From Trypethelium eluteriae (taxonomy: Eukaryota): a DNA stretch of 54,415 bases. A program made the translations under genes and the position numbers. Of the stretch, positions 12,558-24,438 are shown piece by piece (the stretch's first letter is position 1; the number at the start of each line of letters is the position of its first letter). The stretch spans positions 1 through 54,415 of the forward strand of contig JAVECL010000098.1 in the NCBI GenBank assembly GCA_051942245.1, in the 5' to 3' direction. The notes below the pieces were generated by a model, which searched no databases, was not told the DNA's origin, and saw only the letters and a list, made by a program, of their open reading frames with translations.

Positions 12558-14561
12558 TCATATGTTTCCCCCATTCGTAGTTCGTTGCTCGTCTGCTTCT
12601 TTGAGAACATCAAGAATGACATCGTATAGGTGTCCCGACCTGATCGACTCATACACCCGCGTATTGTATAGACCTATACTCGGCGTGACGCCGTCAACCG
12701 TCGCGGCCTTGGTTGAAGCCAAGTGCTCCTCTCCAAGGAACGGAATGCCGAGATCCTTCCGAATGAAGTGGTACATGCGCCGCGAGGCCTGGCCGATGTA
12801 CGGCGTTGCGTTAGGCGGGCTATCCTTCCGGCCCTCGATCTCTATTGTGCGGAGGTCGAGCGCTTGACACAACGCCAGAAGGTGCGCCGAAGCGATTTGG
12901 GATAGCACATCAACGGCCTCGAGCGTGTACCGGGCCGATACGAGCGCAAGAGAGTTGAGGGCCTGGTTGCCCATCTCGGCAGTCTGGACGTGCGAACCGA
13001 CGGGATTGGCCAGGAAGCCCAGCTCGGAAGTCAGACCAGCAACGACGACATCAAGCCCCTTGAACAGAAACGAATCGTTGGCGTCGTCGGAGCACAAGTT
13101 GGGCGGCAGTCCCCAGCTGGTGGCCGGGTTAATCATCTCGGTACACTGCGTGAAGAGCATGCGACCGATACTCTGTAGGCCCTGGCGCAGCTTCTCGACC
13201 GCGGACGTGACGGCGCGCGCCTGAAAGTTGCCGCCGTGAAGCACGCGGCCCGTCTCTACTTCGACCAGCGGGTTGTCTGTTACTGAGTTGAGCTCGATCG
13301 TCAGCTGGTCGTACGCTAGGCCAAAGTCCTCTAGTACGGGCCCGATCCACTGGCTGGCCGTGCGCAGCGAATATCGATCTTGTCGCAGCGTCGCCATATC
13401 CTGGCTGTCGTGTCGGTTGAGCAACCTCGACCCGGTCAGGAACGCCGTGATATTCCGTGCGCTGTCTATCTGCCCAGGGTGCGCCCGCACCCGCGCGATA
13501 AATGGTTCGAAGCTCTCATCACTGCCCCGTAGCGCCTCCACGCTCATGGCCGTCAGCAATTGCGACAGCGCCGCGAGTTGGAGGGACTCGTGCGCCGCAA
13601 GAGCCGCCACCCCAGCCGACACAGCGGTGCCGTTGACGATGGCGAGACCCTCCTTGGCGTGTAGGCTGATGGGCGCTATGCCGGCTTCCGACAGCGCGAT
13701 GTCGGCTCTCGTCACTCTTCTGGCTCGCTCAACATCTCGTGGACCGGTAAAAGCGGTAGCGGATGTCTTGCCTTCCATCAAGGCGCTGATCCACGCGAGC
13801 GCACTGAGGTCTCCCGATGCCGAGATGCTCCCTCGGACGGGGATACGCGGCACAACGTCCTTGTTCAGGAGATCCCTCAGAGACTCCGCGATATTGACGC
13901 GGACACCCGATGCACCGCCGGCTAGAGAGTTCAGGCGGATAAGCATAGACGCCCTCGCCCACGACTCTGGCATGGAGGTGGCGGCGAGCGGGTCGTTTAG
14001 TGGGAGTAAACTTCTCACCGACACACGTTGTTGTTGCAGTTGTCCATTCAATTTGCCATTGTGGGACCGGGCCTCAGCCTCGCTTTGGCTTGAATTTCCA
14101 TTGATTTGGTTGGGATGCCTATTGCTTTGCTCATTGCTTTGACTGATATGCCCATTGCTTTGGCTGGAGTACCCATTGGTCTGGTTGGTAGGTTCATTGC
14201 TGTTGGCGGCGGGTTCCCACTTGCCGTCCGAGAGTATTCCGCACGTCAAGTGACTGATCAGGCTCTGTTGGATCATCTGAACGTCGTTGGATCTCGCGTC
14301 GGCGCTGCCCCCAAATCCTGTGTTAACGCCGTAGATGACCTCGCCCTTGGCGATCTTCTCCGGGATAATCCTGCTGCACACTTCAATGGCGTCGATGGAC
14401 TCGGACGTGAGCTCAATCTTTGCTAGATGTCTCGAGACTGCCACCACGTCGGCAATAGTCAGGCCTCCTCCGTCGATGCCCAGCCTGGTATCAGCGGACG
14501 ACGGGGAATCGCGCCACTGTGATAGGACTAAATCCGTGAATGAGCGTGCTTTGGTGGCCAT
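12558..14561 (-). CDS. PAL: Phenylalanine/tyrosine ammonia-lyase (MIO-dependent aromatic amino acid lyase)
   Basis: Intronless 667-aa ORF with YGVNTGFGG, GSISASGDL (MIO-forming ASG at 13812-13820), KEGLAIVNGT, QDRYSLR, NSVTDNP, HGGNFQ and AEMGNQALNSLAL. Confidence 0.96.
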   Translation of the reverse strand: MATKARSFTDLVLSQWRDSPSSADTRLGIDGGGLTIADVVAVSRHLAKIELTSESIDAIEVCSRIIPEKIAKGEVIYGVNTGFGGSADARSNDVQMIQQSLISHLTCGILSDGKWEPAANSNEPTNQTNGYSSQSNGHISQSNEQSNRHPNQINGNSSQSEAEARSHNGKLNGQLQQQRVSVRSLLPLNDPLAATSMPESWARASMLIRLNSLAGGASGVRVNIAESLRDLLNKDVVPRIPVRGSISASGDLSALAWISALMEGKTSATAFTGPRDVERARRVTRADIALSEAGIAPISLHAKEGLAIVNGTAVSAGVAALAAHESLQLAALSQLLTAMSVEALRGSDESFEPFIARVRAHPGQIDSARNITAFLTGSRLLNRHDSQDMATLRQDRYSLRTASQWIGPVLEDFGLAYDQLTIELNSVTDNPLVEVETGRVLHGGNFQARAVTSAVEKLRQGLQSIGRMLFTQCTEMINPATSWGLPPNLCSDDANDSFLFKGLDVVVAGLTSELGFLANPVGSHVQTAEMGNQALNSLALVSARYTLEAVDVLSQIASAHLLALCQALDLRTIEIEGRKDSPPNATPYIGQASRRMYHFIRKDLGIPFLGEEHLASTKAATVDGVTPSIGLYNTRVYESIRSGHLYDVILDVLKEADEQRTTNGGNI

Positions 14562-15702
14562 TTTGATCTGAAAGTGGACTGGTATTCAGAGAGTAAAGGG
14601 ACACAAGGTGTCTGTGAAGGTACCTCTGTTCTATATCCTTTCCGGCAGTGAGTGGTTCTTATATGTGTGTGTGCAAATAACGAGGAAGAAAAAAAAAGAG
14701 ATTTTAACTGCCAAGAATGGCCAGTATCCTTGTCAAGGTCAGTGGATGTATTCGGACAAGCAAGGCAGCAGGGTCCAAATCCTTGCTGCAACGAACGATG
14801 CAGCTAGTGTGTGTTACAGAGTTATGCTTAACTTTCTTACACCTACATGTCCCTCAAGCTCTAGATGAAGGCAATACCTAACTCCGAGGCGGTGTATTGT
14901 GTCTACGACCGGTGGGACATACGCGAGCCTATCGGGATTGGATTCATTAGTCGTCCACCTACACACCAATACAAGGACTTTTTGTAATCTTCACTCATTG
15001 AGAAACTTGTACGAAACGCGATAACTATGCTTCTATATTACCCGAGCCGCATGCGGAACGTGCAAGGAAGCAGCAGCGGTATTGACGATATCGGAGAGAG
15101 ACAACTCCGCTATCTCCGATGTATACTCTACTATAGCCGACACCACGCAGAGGCAGTCCTTTGCTTCTACTTCCAATCTCGGAACTCGCCATTTGTTCCA
15201 ATCAGAGAGTAAGAAACTAGTCTGGGAAAAACAGAAATAGTCGAGGAAGTTATTGTCACTGTGGTGGCGAGCGTCAAGATTGACGTTCACTTGACTCTCC
15301 TCACAGAGGGATGTATACGGACTTTCGATATCTTTTGACCTCTACGAGATGCACGCCGTTACCATCGTCTAGCCTTCACGCTGGTAGTCTACTGTTTGCC
15401 CTTGTACCTGGGAACGCTTTCTCTTCCAGGTATCGCTGGAGAAGATCACCATCATTATCAGCCCTGGAGCAATCAACATCTCGCTGCTATTACCCTAATG
15501 ATACAACTGCATGGGAAACACCCAGAGGATTACTTATGTAATACCAATGGTGTTGAGACAGCTCTGAGGCATCCGTTTTCACTCTGAGCGATGGCGGTCT
15601 GGCAACGGTTGCGGTCTTGTCACTAATTCCTTTTGTTTTCTTCCCTCGCGTGCTAATCCAAGTCGATAACTCGACAAATAACGCCCTGCAGCCCTTTAAT
15701 AG

Positions 15703-17237
15703 CTAATTATGCAGTCCATTTACTTCAGGAAGCTTCGGCGTGTAATACATAGTCATGTAAAGGCCGGTCTTTGGCGTATACGTGAGTGAAATCCATGTAT
15801 GCGTGAGATCTTTGGACGAGAGATCATGTTTAGGGCTACAGAAAAGATCTGAGTCAGCATAAAGACGAAAAATTCATTTAGAGCAACGTTGAGTGCTCTG
15901 TACTTACAATGTTGACTTCAAGTCCCGTTCATATCGTTCGGCGAGATCGGCGTGGCCACACTTCTGGAACCAGGTAGACAGCACCTTACAGATTTGCTCA
16001 TCTGTTTGGCCGAGCCATGATGCTGGCATATGAAGCTTGACCTCAATGTTTGCTTCCTTCTCGCCTTCCGCAACGGGTCTCATCTCATACACAAAGGCAG
16101 CTCTAGCCCCGGCGTCTAGAACCTCCTTATTCTCTAAATCTGGATCTGAGCTATAGAGGCCGAACCTGTGAAACCAAAAGTCCTCGATTGCTTCTAATCC
16201 AGCTTCGGTCATTGGTCCTGAGATTCTGCCCCCCAGGTCGAACGCGTGCTTGACCTTGGCAAGAGTGTTGGCTAGAGTGTTAACGTAGACCTTTGCTCTG
16301 GTTGCGGGAGAGTCAGGTGCACAATCATTAGATAGCAGGAAGACTATCGGTACATTATCACCACTGAAAGTCTTCAGATAGCCATCCAGTACCTCAACGG
16401 ACGCGACGTAGGTCCCTGCCGGTCCGCTCCACTTGCGTACAGCATCTAATACGACGGCGTTTGTTGACGTACCCATGTGGATGGCTTTCGGAACTGGATT
16501 GAAGTATGCTTTGGCCCCTGCACTCAAACCAGATTTAGTGAGTACTGATTTAAAGGATTGAGCTAGCAGAGGCGTTTTTCTTCAAAGGAAAGCTATATGG
16601 AGAGCCACACAGGGAGCTTCAGCTGCAGAGAGAGACTGATGAAGGAGCTAGAGCCCCTGAATGACTTACCAATGCTGCCATTCTCCAGATCGAATGCGGT
16701 CACTACAAGGAGTTTTGGGACGTGCTCTGGAAACTTCTGCAGTATTTCATCTGCTTTATCGTTTGGTACACGGAATTCCGACAAGAACAGATCGAATTTT
16801 ACCATATCGATACCGGGGATGTGCTTGGCCATTGCGGTCAAGAGATCCTTTGCCGCTACCTGGTTGAGCCGATCAGCAGCGGTGCCGGATTTGAGAGAAG
16901 ATGGCTCAATCGTAAAGCGGACAGTCTGGCCATTTTTCTTCTTCTCTTTCCAGTTGAGACTGTACTCGAGTGGCGACCCGTCGTAGGTGAATGACGAGCT
17001 GTAGTGGGGCTTGCCACCAACGGGAGCCGGACCAAAAGAGCCTGCGATCCATTGCTGATACCATTGAAGATAGTAAAGCTGTTCCTCCTCGCTGTACTGA
17101 CTGGTCTGCAGCAGCGTAGCAAGCGACTGAGCTGTGACGCCCCACCAGAAGGCTTTGTTCTCATTACGATTGGACTGGATGTCTTGATCGACCCGCTTAA
17201 AGGAGAGGTTTGAGACGGGTAAGACCGAGACAGACAT
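15703..17237 (-). CDS. DMATS-family (ABBA) aromatic prenyltransferase
   Basis: Three exons (17237-16670, 16517-15908, 15835-15703) splice in frame with GT-AG. Motifs: FWW, DGSPLEYSLNW, VRFTIEP, AFDL..AKAYF, NDC...RAKVY, HTWISLTY..GLYMTMYY. Confidence 0.93.
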
Positions 17238-18023
17238 GATGGCTGTTATGTGGGAGTTTGAGCTTTGTAAAGCGTATCTAGTACAAATTGCCCGAGAGAA
17301 TCTGTGATAAGGGAAGTTTTCCTCACATATACAAGTGTCTAACAAAGTGCAGGCTGATGGTATAATATTAATTGCCCGAGCTCATTAACTTCTATTTCCC
17401 CATTAGCAATCCTCTCATAATCAAGTTCAGGTATTGTTTCCTCGTAGCTCATTCACTTTCCGGCTCTCTCACTTCCAACCCTTTGTCGGGGTTTCTTCAA
17501 TTGGCGTCGGAGTTTTAACACAGGTGTAAAGCCTGATCTTTACCCAAGCGAACCCTTTCACCTTCAAAACTTATTTCGAAACTTATCCCGGGTTCTATAG
17601 TATTATCAGATCTGCAGGGTTTGCGCTTGACGGAACTCAATCTGGTTGGCTTCTCCGACCGGCGGGTTTTATGCATTTGCAAGCTTTGTCAAACCGGAGT
17701 TTCTGGATGATTGATCCAAGACGGTCTAACCAAACAAGGCGTCATTCACGAATCGATTCTAGCCTGTTGCTCTCGGGAATATCTTGGTATGAAAAATGCC
17801 TCATTCTTGTTTGTAGATAGACATGCTACGATGAAGGACAAAGGTGACAATAGTCCGAACCACTGGCACTGAGTACTGCAGCAACAGCGCTTTCCACTGC
17901 GAAACTCTTGCCCTTAGCTCTGGGGCTGTATATATTCCCCACCACCATACCAGTCCTTTCTATTCTTGACCTTTGGCAGTTATACGCCATCGCAACCCCC
18001 AACAGAACCACCTTCTCCACGCC
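17238..18023. promoter_or_regulatory. Divergent promoter shared by the two prenyltransferase genes
   Basis: The genes are head-to-head. AATTGCCCGAG occurs twice (17286, 17370), with several other CGG-plus-AT-rich sites and a TATA-like TATATA at ~17929. Confidence 0.55.
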
Positions 18024-19049
18024 ATGGATGCCGTTGAAGGCTATAGCAAGCCAAGTCAAGGCGTCTTTCGCTTCATACCCGATGCATGGGTTCCATACGC
18101 CGAACTCATGCGTCTTGACCGACCGTCAGGGTTCTGGGCTTTCTACTGGCATTACTTGATCGGACTTGGTTTTGCCATCAATGTCCAGCCCTTCTCCAGC
18201 AATCTTGATCTTGTTTCTGTTGGACTTCTCGCTGCGTACTTGGGTTTGTGGACCACCGTCTTCCGCGGTATTACCTGTACGTGGAATGACAACCTAGATC
18301 AAGACTTTGATCGCCAGGTCGCTCGCTGCCGAGTAAGACCCATCCCACGGGGTGCCGTCACGACAATGCAGGCGCATTTCTTCACAGCCGTACTGGTTGC
18401 CGCTGGAGCCTTCATCCTATACCCCTACGGCCATTCGATATTGTATCACGCCGCTGTGGATAGCGTGCTCTTGTTCATCTACCCCCTGTTGAAGCGCTGT
18501 ACGGACTTCCCCCAAGTTGAACTCGGATTTGGGCTGTCTTACGCCATATTTTTAGTGGCTGCGTCAGTCGGGAAGGATCCGTTGGCGCCTCTGTTAGATT
18601 CGTCGCTGACTCTCTCAGCGCGTGTCTCGAGGGTCGTTGAGTCACCTCTGGCCCAGTCAGCTGCATGTCTATACGTCGCTGGAATTCTCTGGAGTGTTAT
18701 CTTTGACACCATCTACGCTCATCAAGATTATCTCGATGACTTGAAAGCTGGCGTTAATGGACTTGCCGTGCGACTCGGGAGGAAGGGAACGAAACCAGCT
18801 TGTTATGTAATGGGTGCCGTGCAGATATACTGTCTAGTCCTGGCAGGTCATTTGGCAGAGTTTGGGCTATCATATTATGCAATATCATGTGGCGCAACTG
18901 CTCTCATGTTGGCCAGGATGATATGGGTTACTGATCTGGAAGATGGTGCCAGTTGCGCTTGGGCATTTGGTCGTGGAAGTGCTTACGTCGGCGCCTCAAT
19001 CTCAGCTGGGCTTCTGACGGAGTTCTGGACGAGGAAGCACGGGTACTGA
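18024..19049 (+). CDS. UbiA/COQ2-family 4-hydroxybenzoate prenyltransferase (membrane)
   Basis: Intronless. Motifs ELMRLDRPSG, WNDNLDQDFDRQVARCRVRPIPRG and DTIYAHQDYLDDLKAGV, with multiple hydrophobic helices. The first in-frame ATG is at 18024 in a GCCATGG context. There is no obvious mitochondrial presequence, so this is not simply housekeeping COQ2. Confidence 0.93.
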   Translation: MDAVEGYSKPSQGVFRFIPDAWVPYAELMRLDRPSGFWAFYWHYLIGLGFAINVQPFSSNLDLVSVGLLAAYLGLWTTVFRGITCTWNDNLDQDFDRQVARCRVRPIPRGAVTTMQAHFFTAVLVAAGAFILYPYGHSILYHAAVDSVLLFIYPLLKRCTDFPQVELGFGLSYAIFLVAASVGKDPLAPLLDSSLTLSARVSRVVESPLAQSAACLYVAGILWSVIFDTIYAHQDYLDDLKAGVNGLAVRLGRKGTKPACYVMGAVQIYCLVLAGHLAEFGLSYYAISCGATALMLARMIWVTDLEDGASCAWAFGRGSAYVGASISAGLLTEFWTRKHGY

Positions 19050-19189
19050 CGGATCAGATCAGCTATCTGGTCGCATGTGAATCTCAAATAAGGAACAGGT
19101 AGATACATGAGAGAGAGGGAGGAAGGTGTCCTTCATCAAGATGCGTATAACGGAACAGTCAGATTTGATGAGCATGCTACTAGAGTTAG

Positions 19190-19379
19190 TGTCATAATTT
19201 TTAGGTGGCAATTATCGTCGAGGTCAAGATCTCTGTTTTTTTTATCTGGCTAGAAAATGAAGCTGCATATATACACCGTAACAACCCCTGTATCTTCGGG
19301 ATCTCATCCTTCTGCTTCCGAGGGTATTAGTCAGCTAAATGACCTAGAACTCTCTGATATAGCTAGGATAATATTGACA
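19190..19379 (-). repeat. 3' LTR of the copia element
   Basis: 190 bp with 4 mismatches to 24039-24228. Confidence 0.95.
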
Positions 19380-22300
19380 CACCCCCTCAGAAGGATGAGA
19401 GACTCCCTGAAAGCCTATCCTTAATATCAATGAGGTTGAGTAACTTCAAAAAGTGCTGGTGTTTCTGCTTTGACAGCTGTTTCGTTAGGCCATCAGCAAT
19501 CATAGTGTTGGTAGGCGTCCATTGGATTAAGAGCACCCTGTTCTGAACCACCTCTCTTAGCCAATGCTGAGCTATATTAACATGGCGTAGCCGTGTTGAT
19601 ATCTGTGGGTTCTTAAGGCTCACTACCCTAATCGTCTGTGCATTATTATTTTTGACTATTAAGTCCTCGCTAGTTCTGAATCCAAGGCTCTTAAAGAAAT
19701 TGCTCTACTAAATAGCCTCTTTATAGCCGTATGTAAGAGTATGCAGCTCTACTTCTGTTGTTAAAAGGCTTATGGTGGATTGTCTTAATAAACCCCAGTT
19801 AATTATGCTGCTAAAGAGCATAATTGTGTAGCCTTATACACTTTATCATCCTTCAGTGTTTGTAAATAAGGTATTTGCTAAGTATTTAAATATAAAAGTA
19901 ATATGGAGATTAGAACTGCTTCTGGCTGAGTATTTAATAGCTTTAAATCTTGTCCTATTTAGATAGCAGATTAAATAATTAACTGCCTTAAGGTGTTCTT
20001 TTGCTGGGTTTGTAACAAAGAAAGCTAGCTTGCTTAAGGCTTATGTGATATTAGGATATATTAAATAGGCGCTATAATTAATAAATTTAATACACTGTTT
20101 ATAAATATTAACTAATTGGGGGCTTATTATTAAAGCATTTATTTAAGGAACTAGCTTGTAAAAAGGTAGAGGCATATAATATGTTAATAAATCCTTAAGA
20201 TTGTACTTATAAACTATTTTCTTAATGTATAAGTTTTAACATAATTAAAGCTTATAAACTGCATAATCTTTAAGAATCCTAATACTTAAGAATTATATAG
20301 CTTTGCCCATATCTCTGCATTTAAACTATTTCTTAATCTTATTAAGGACTGCCTCTGCTTTTTATGTGATTTTTTTTAAAAAAATTATGATAATATTATC
20401 CACATAAAAAATAATAATAAGACCTTTATAATTTATAAAGAGACACAGCTAACCTAATACCTGCTTAAGTCCTATATTTATAAGTGTTTTAAAGAGGGTT
20501 CTTTATTACAGCTTGCCTAAGGGTCTAAGGCCATAAAGTGCATATAAAAAAAAAAGGCATTACTCCTTTAAGAAGTCCTTTTGGATTCCTTTTACTATTT
20601 ATATATAGATTGGCTTTAAGAGCTTATTATTTAAATAAGTATTTTTAATATTAAGCTGGCGTGTCTTTAGGTTTATTGCAGTAATAAATACTATTAGCAC
20701 TTTAAAAACTTTAAGAGTTGGTATTATTAATTTATTATCTTTATTATTTTTAACTTTTTAAAGGTTACTATGTACATAAATTCTTGCTTTATATTTATTA
20801 AGGTAGCTATTGCTATTAATTTTATAAGTCTAGACCTATTTAAGGGGTAAAGGTTTAATCTTAGCTAATTTTAGGACAATCTTAAAGGTGCCTTTATTAT
20901 GCAGTGCTTTAAACTCTATGTTTATTGCTTCTTAAAACTGCTTTTAATAAGGGTGTTTAAAAAACTCTTTATAATTCTTTGGTAATAAAGGTAACTCCTC
21001 TTAATATCAGTGTGGAGGCCTAAGTATTACTGCAGCAGCAAAGGCGTGTTTATATACATTATTTACACCTAACTGCTATAAATAAAATACTTTATAAGGC
21101 TTTTAAGATCTAAATCTTTCCATAATATTATGTTTATTTAAGTCAGTATTAAGAGGTTAAAGCTAATTCTAATATATTTTGGATTTAGTAAAACCTTAAT
21201 CTAAGTTATGTAATGCACTTAGCTAATTTTAATTTAGTATTTATTTATTAAACTGCTTCACTTTATCCACCTTTATTTCCTCCACCCCCTTAACTTTTGG
21301 TATCTGCAAAGGTGTTAATAAGCCAGAAGCTGGAAAAATTAATATATTTTATCCCTTTTAGAGGTTGTATAAAGGTTGTATGCTTTTATAGAGGTCTAAA
21401 AAGTTAAATTTAGGTATAATAACAGCATTAATATTTACTTTAAAAAATTTAATTATTTGCTCTCCCTAATAAATATGCTAATGCCTTATAGGGTTATAAA
21501 AGTATATTTTATTAAATAGAATATCTCTTATCGCAATTACTTGTGCCTCCTTAGGAATCTAAATCCAAAATGTTGTTAAGTTTTTGTATCCAATAAGATA
21601 TCCAATTTAGGCACATACTAGCAGCTTTTGCTAATATGGGATGTCCCATCTAAGGGCATAAGCTAAGCAGCCATAGGCTTTAAAATGTTAAATTTAAGAG
21701 TTTTTAGGGGAGTTTATCTCTTTAAAAAGCCTTATTTATAGCAATTATTAATTAAACTGCTTAGTAAGAGTATAGTTAATAATCCAGGCAGTAGCAGTAA
21801 CTGCTTTAGGCTAGAGATTAAGAGGTAGGTTTGCAGTGTGCAATAGGTATTATGCCTTAATAATTAGCAATCCTTTAAATCTTTCTGCAGGTCTATTTTA
21901 TTCTTTTATAGCAACAGCTAACCATTCTATTAGAATTCCAGCATCTTTATACCAGTCTATAAAGCTGTTCCTTAGGCCTGCCTCCTAATCTTTATAAAGG
22001 ATTTTTACTTAAATATTGTATTAACACTAAGTTAGAGCTTTAAAGCGCTTTATTTTATAAAGTAATAATGTAGCTATTTTTTTATTTATTATTCTAACAA
22101 TATTAAACCTAATAGCGTTATTTAGGAAGTAAAGAATCCACCTCTTATTACAGAATCCTATTAGTGTAATATTAATAAGATTAAAATAGACTCTTGTAAA
22201 CAGCTTTAATTTTCTTAATACTGGTACCCTTAAAATCCTTTATTTGGATTTTGCTAAGGCACATACCTTATATTAATATATTTTGGGAGCCTTTAATCCT

Positions 22301-24038
22301 TCTTTAATATGTACATATTATTGTTATAAATATTTAATAACTTAAGGGCTATAATATCCTAATTTTTAATGCCACATACTTAGTATTACTAACATAATAG
22401 GATGGACTATCTTAGCAGTATAAGTATATGTCTGCTTTTTAGGAATATTGCTCTTAATTAGCCAAAGATAATTGGCTTTTTTAAGCTTAATAAATAGGAT
22501 TCCATTCTGCTTTAAGGTATTATTATCCCAGGCCTATTTAATACCTTCTTCTTTAAAATAAGAGACTAATACTATGCTTATAATAAGTGCAGATGCAAAA
22601 TAAACATCTTAAAGCCTTATCCTTATATATTTTTTTTGCCATTATGGATAAATATTTATATCAGCAATCCTATTAATACTTTCCCAGCCACCTGCTATAT
22701 TAATAGCTGAGTTACATATTATTAGTCTAAGAGGTTTAATAGCTTTTAAAAGATTGTTGTATATATAAATGTTAGCACCCGTGTTTTAAATAATATAATT
22801 ACGCAGATTTATAGTTTCCTAAGCAGCTTTAAATAATGCGTATAAAGCAGTATTAATTAAACGTATAAGAGATTGTAACAGTGGAGATATTAAGGTACTA
22901 AGGGCTTTAATCTTATTAAATAGGTCAGTATCGCATTATTTTTTAGCTATTTCTTTTATAATAGGGTTCTTAAATACTTTCTAAACTTTTAAAGCATATT
23001 ATTTAATATTTTATAATTCTTTTTCTGCACTCTCTTTTTAATATGTGGATATTAATAAAACTTATGTTTTTTACCACATAAACAGCTAATAAAGTATAAC
23101 ATAGATTAGAGGGTTTATAATATTAATTTCTAAGGTTTAGCAGGTAATACCAGCACCTAATTATCCTTTATTAACTAAGCTTCCTTTAGATGTGTTTTTT
23201 ATTCTCCTTAAAATGTGGCTGCTATAGCATAATAGCCAGTTCTTAACCTAAATGTGGATTTAATATAATCTTGCTATTTGTTTTAAAAAGCTTGGATTAA
23301 TTTAAGCATCCTTAGTATTTTCTAATTGGCTTAAAGGGCTGCCTTATAGCCTATTACCTAATTATAGAGGTGCTTTTTGCAGGCATTAAAAAAGGCTTCT
23401 GCAAGCTGCTTGTTTATAAAGCCTGCAACCTATTTTTTAATAGTAATTTTATATAAATAGGTCCATTGGGTAAGCCAATTTTAAACCTTTACAGCAGCTG
23501 GGGTAATACATAGCCTATTATATAAGTTGTGGCGTTGGGTCTTTTTAACTTCCTTAGTAGGTTTGTACACTTTTTTAATCTTCTGCATTATTTTATAAAG
23601 CTTATTTTTATAAGTGTAAATCTATTAACCTTTTAATAGGGTTTTGCAGAGCATTGCTTGGAAATTATTAATTGCCTTAAGAGTAGCTAATTATTGCTTC
23701 TGGATTAATTTTGCAGCTTTAAGGTTTTAATAATTAGTCACTCACATAGCAATAAGTTCTGCAAAGGTATCTGGTTTATTAGGCATGCCAGTAAGGAGTT
23801 TTGGTGGATCCTCCTAGCTATTTAGGTTAATGTACTGCTAAATACTAACATTTAAAGCAATTATTTTAATAGCTTTAAACCAAACATCCCAGTTCTGCTG
23901 TGTTAAAGCAACAACTTTAACCGCTTTGGTGTTGGTAAGGGTTAATGATAAGATTATCTTTAACAATAACATAAATAGTAGGGTTTAAAGTAGAGATAAG
24001 AAGTGTGTTCAGTTTATACGGAGATCCGGGCTTATAAC

Positions 24039-24228
24039 TGTTATAATTTTTAGGTGGCAATTATCGTTGAGGTCAAGATCTCTGTTTTTTTTATCTGGCT
24101 AGAAAATGAAGCTGCATATATACACCGTAACAACCCCTGTATCTTCGGGATCTCATCCTTCTGCTTCCGAGAGTATTAGTCAGCTAAATAACCTAGAACT
24201 CTCTGATATAGCTAGGATAATATTGACA
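24039..24228 (-). repeat. 5' LTR of the copia element
   Basis: 190 bp, adjacent to the PBS-like sequence, with 4 mismatches to 19190-19379. Confidence 0.95.
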
Positions 24229-24438
24229 GTTAGTGACTGACCTGTGGTGATAAACTAGCCATATAAAGATCAGGCATCGGCCAGCTGCTGTTTCAAGGCT
24301 GATACGCTGGCTTCGACAAGATTCCCACGCTAGCTGTATCACTGAAATGTGCGCAATAATCCCCTGCTATGTTCAAAGGGGGGGATAAGGCCTGGGGTTA
24401 CTGATAGAGTGACGTCAGCAGGCAAGATTCTGGCAGAT

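Larger units (their letters stand above)
19190..24228 (-). mobile_element. Full-length Ty1/copia LTR retrotransposon inactivated by RIP
   Basis: 190-bp LTRs TG...CA at 19190-19379 and 24039-24228; 5-bp TSD GTTAG at 19185-19189 and 24229-24233; PBS-like GTTATAAGCCC next to the right LTR; polypurine tract next to the left LTR. Minus-strand relic motifs run in copia order: protease NTGAN (~22775-22790), integrase GYLIGY (~21590-21610), RT FYVDNI (~20390-20410), RNase H ADGLTK (19387-19623). Confidence 0.96.

Noticed and set aside
13273..14142. 289-aa ORF antisense to the ammonia-lyase
   Set aside because: Shadow ORF of a GC-rich coding strand, with no recognisable motifs.
12558..14561. Bacterial horizontal origin of the intronless, compact, GC-rich lyase
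   Set aside because: The motifs (SMPESWARASMLIRLNSL, AEMGNQALNSLALVSARYT, YHFIRKDLGIPF) look fungal-PAL-like. Only a phylogeny could support transfer.
17973..18023. TTG-initiated N-terminal extension of the UbiA ORF (possible lost ATG)
   Set aside because: An in-frame ATG in strong context (GCCATGG) lies at 18024, before all conserved motifs, so no non-canonical start is needed.
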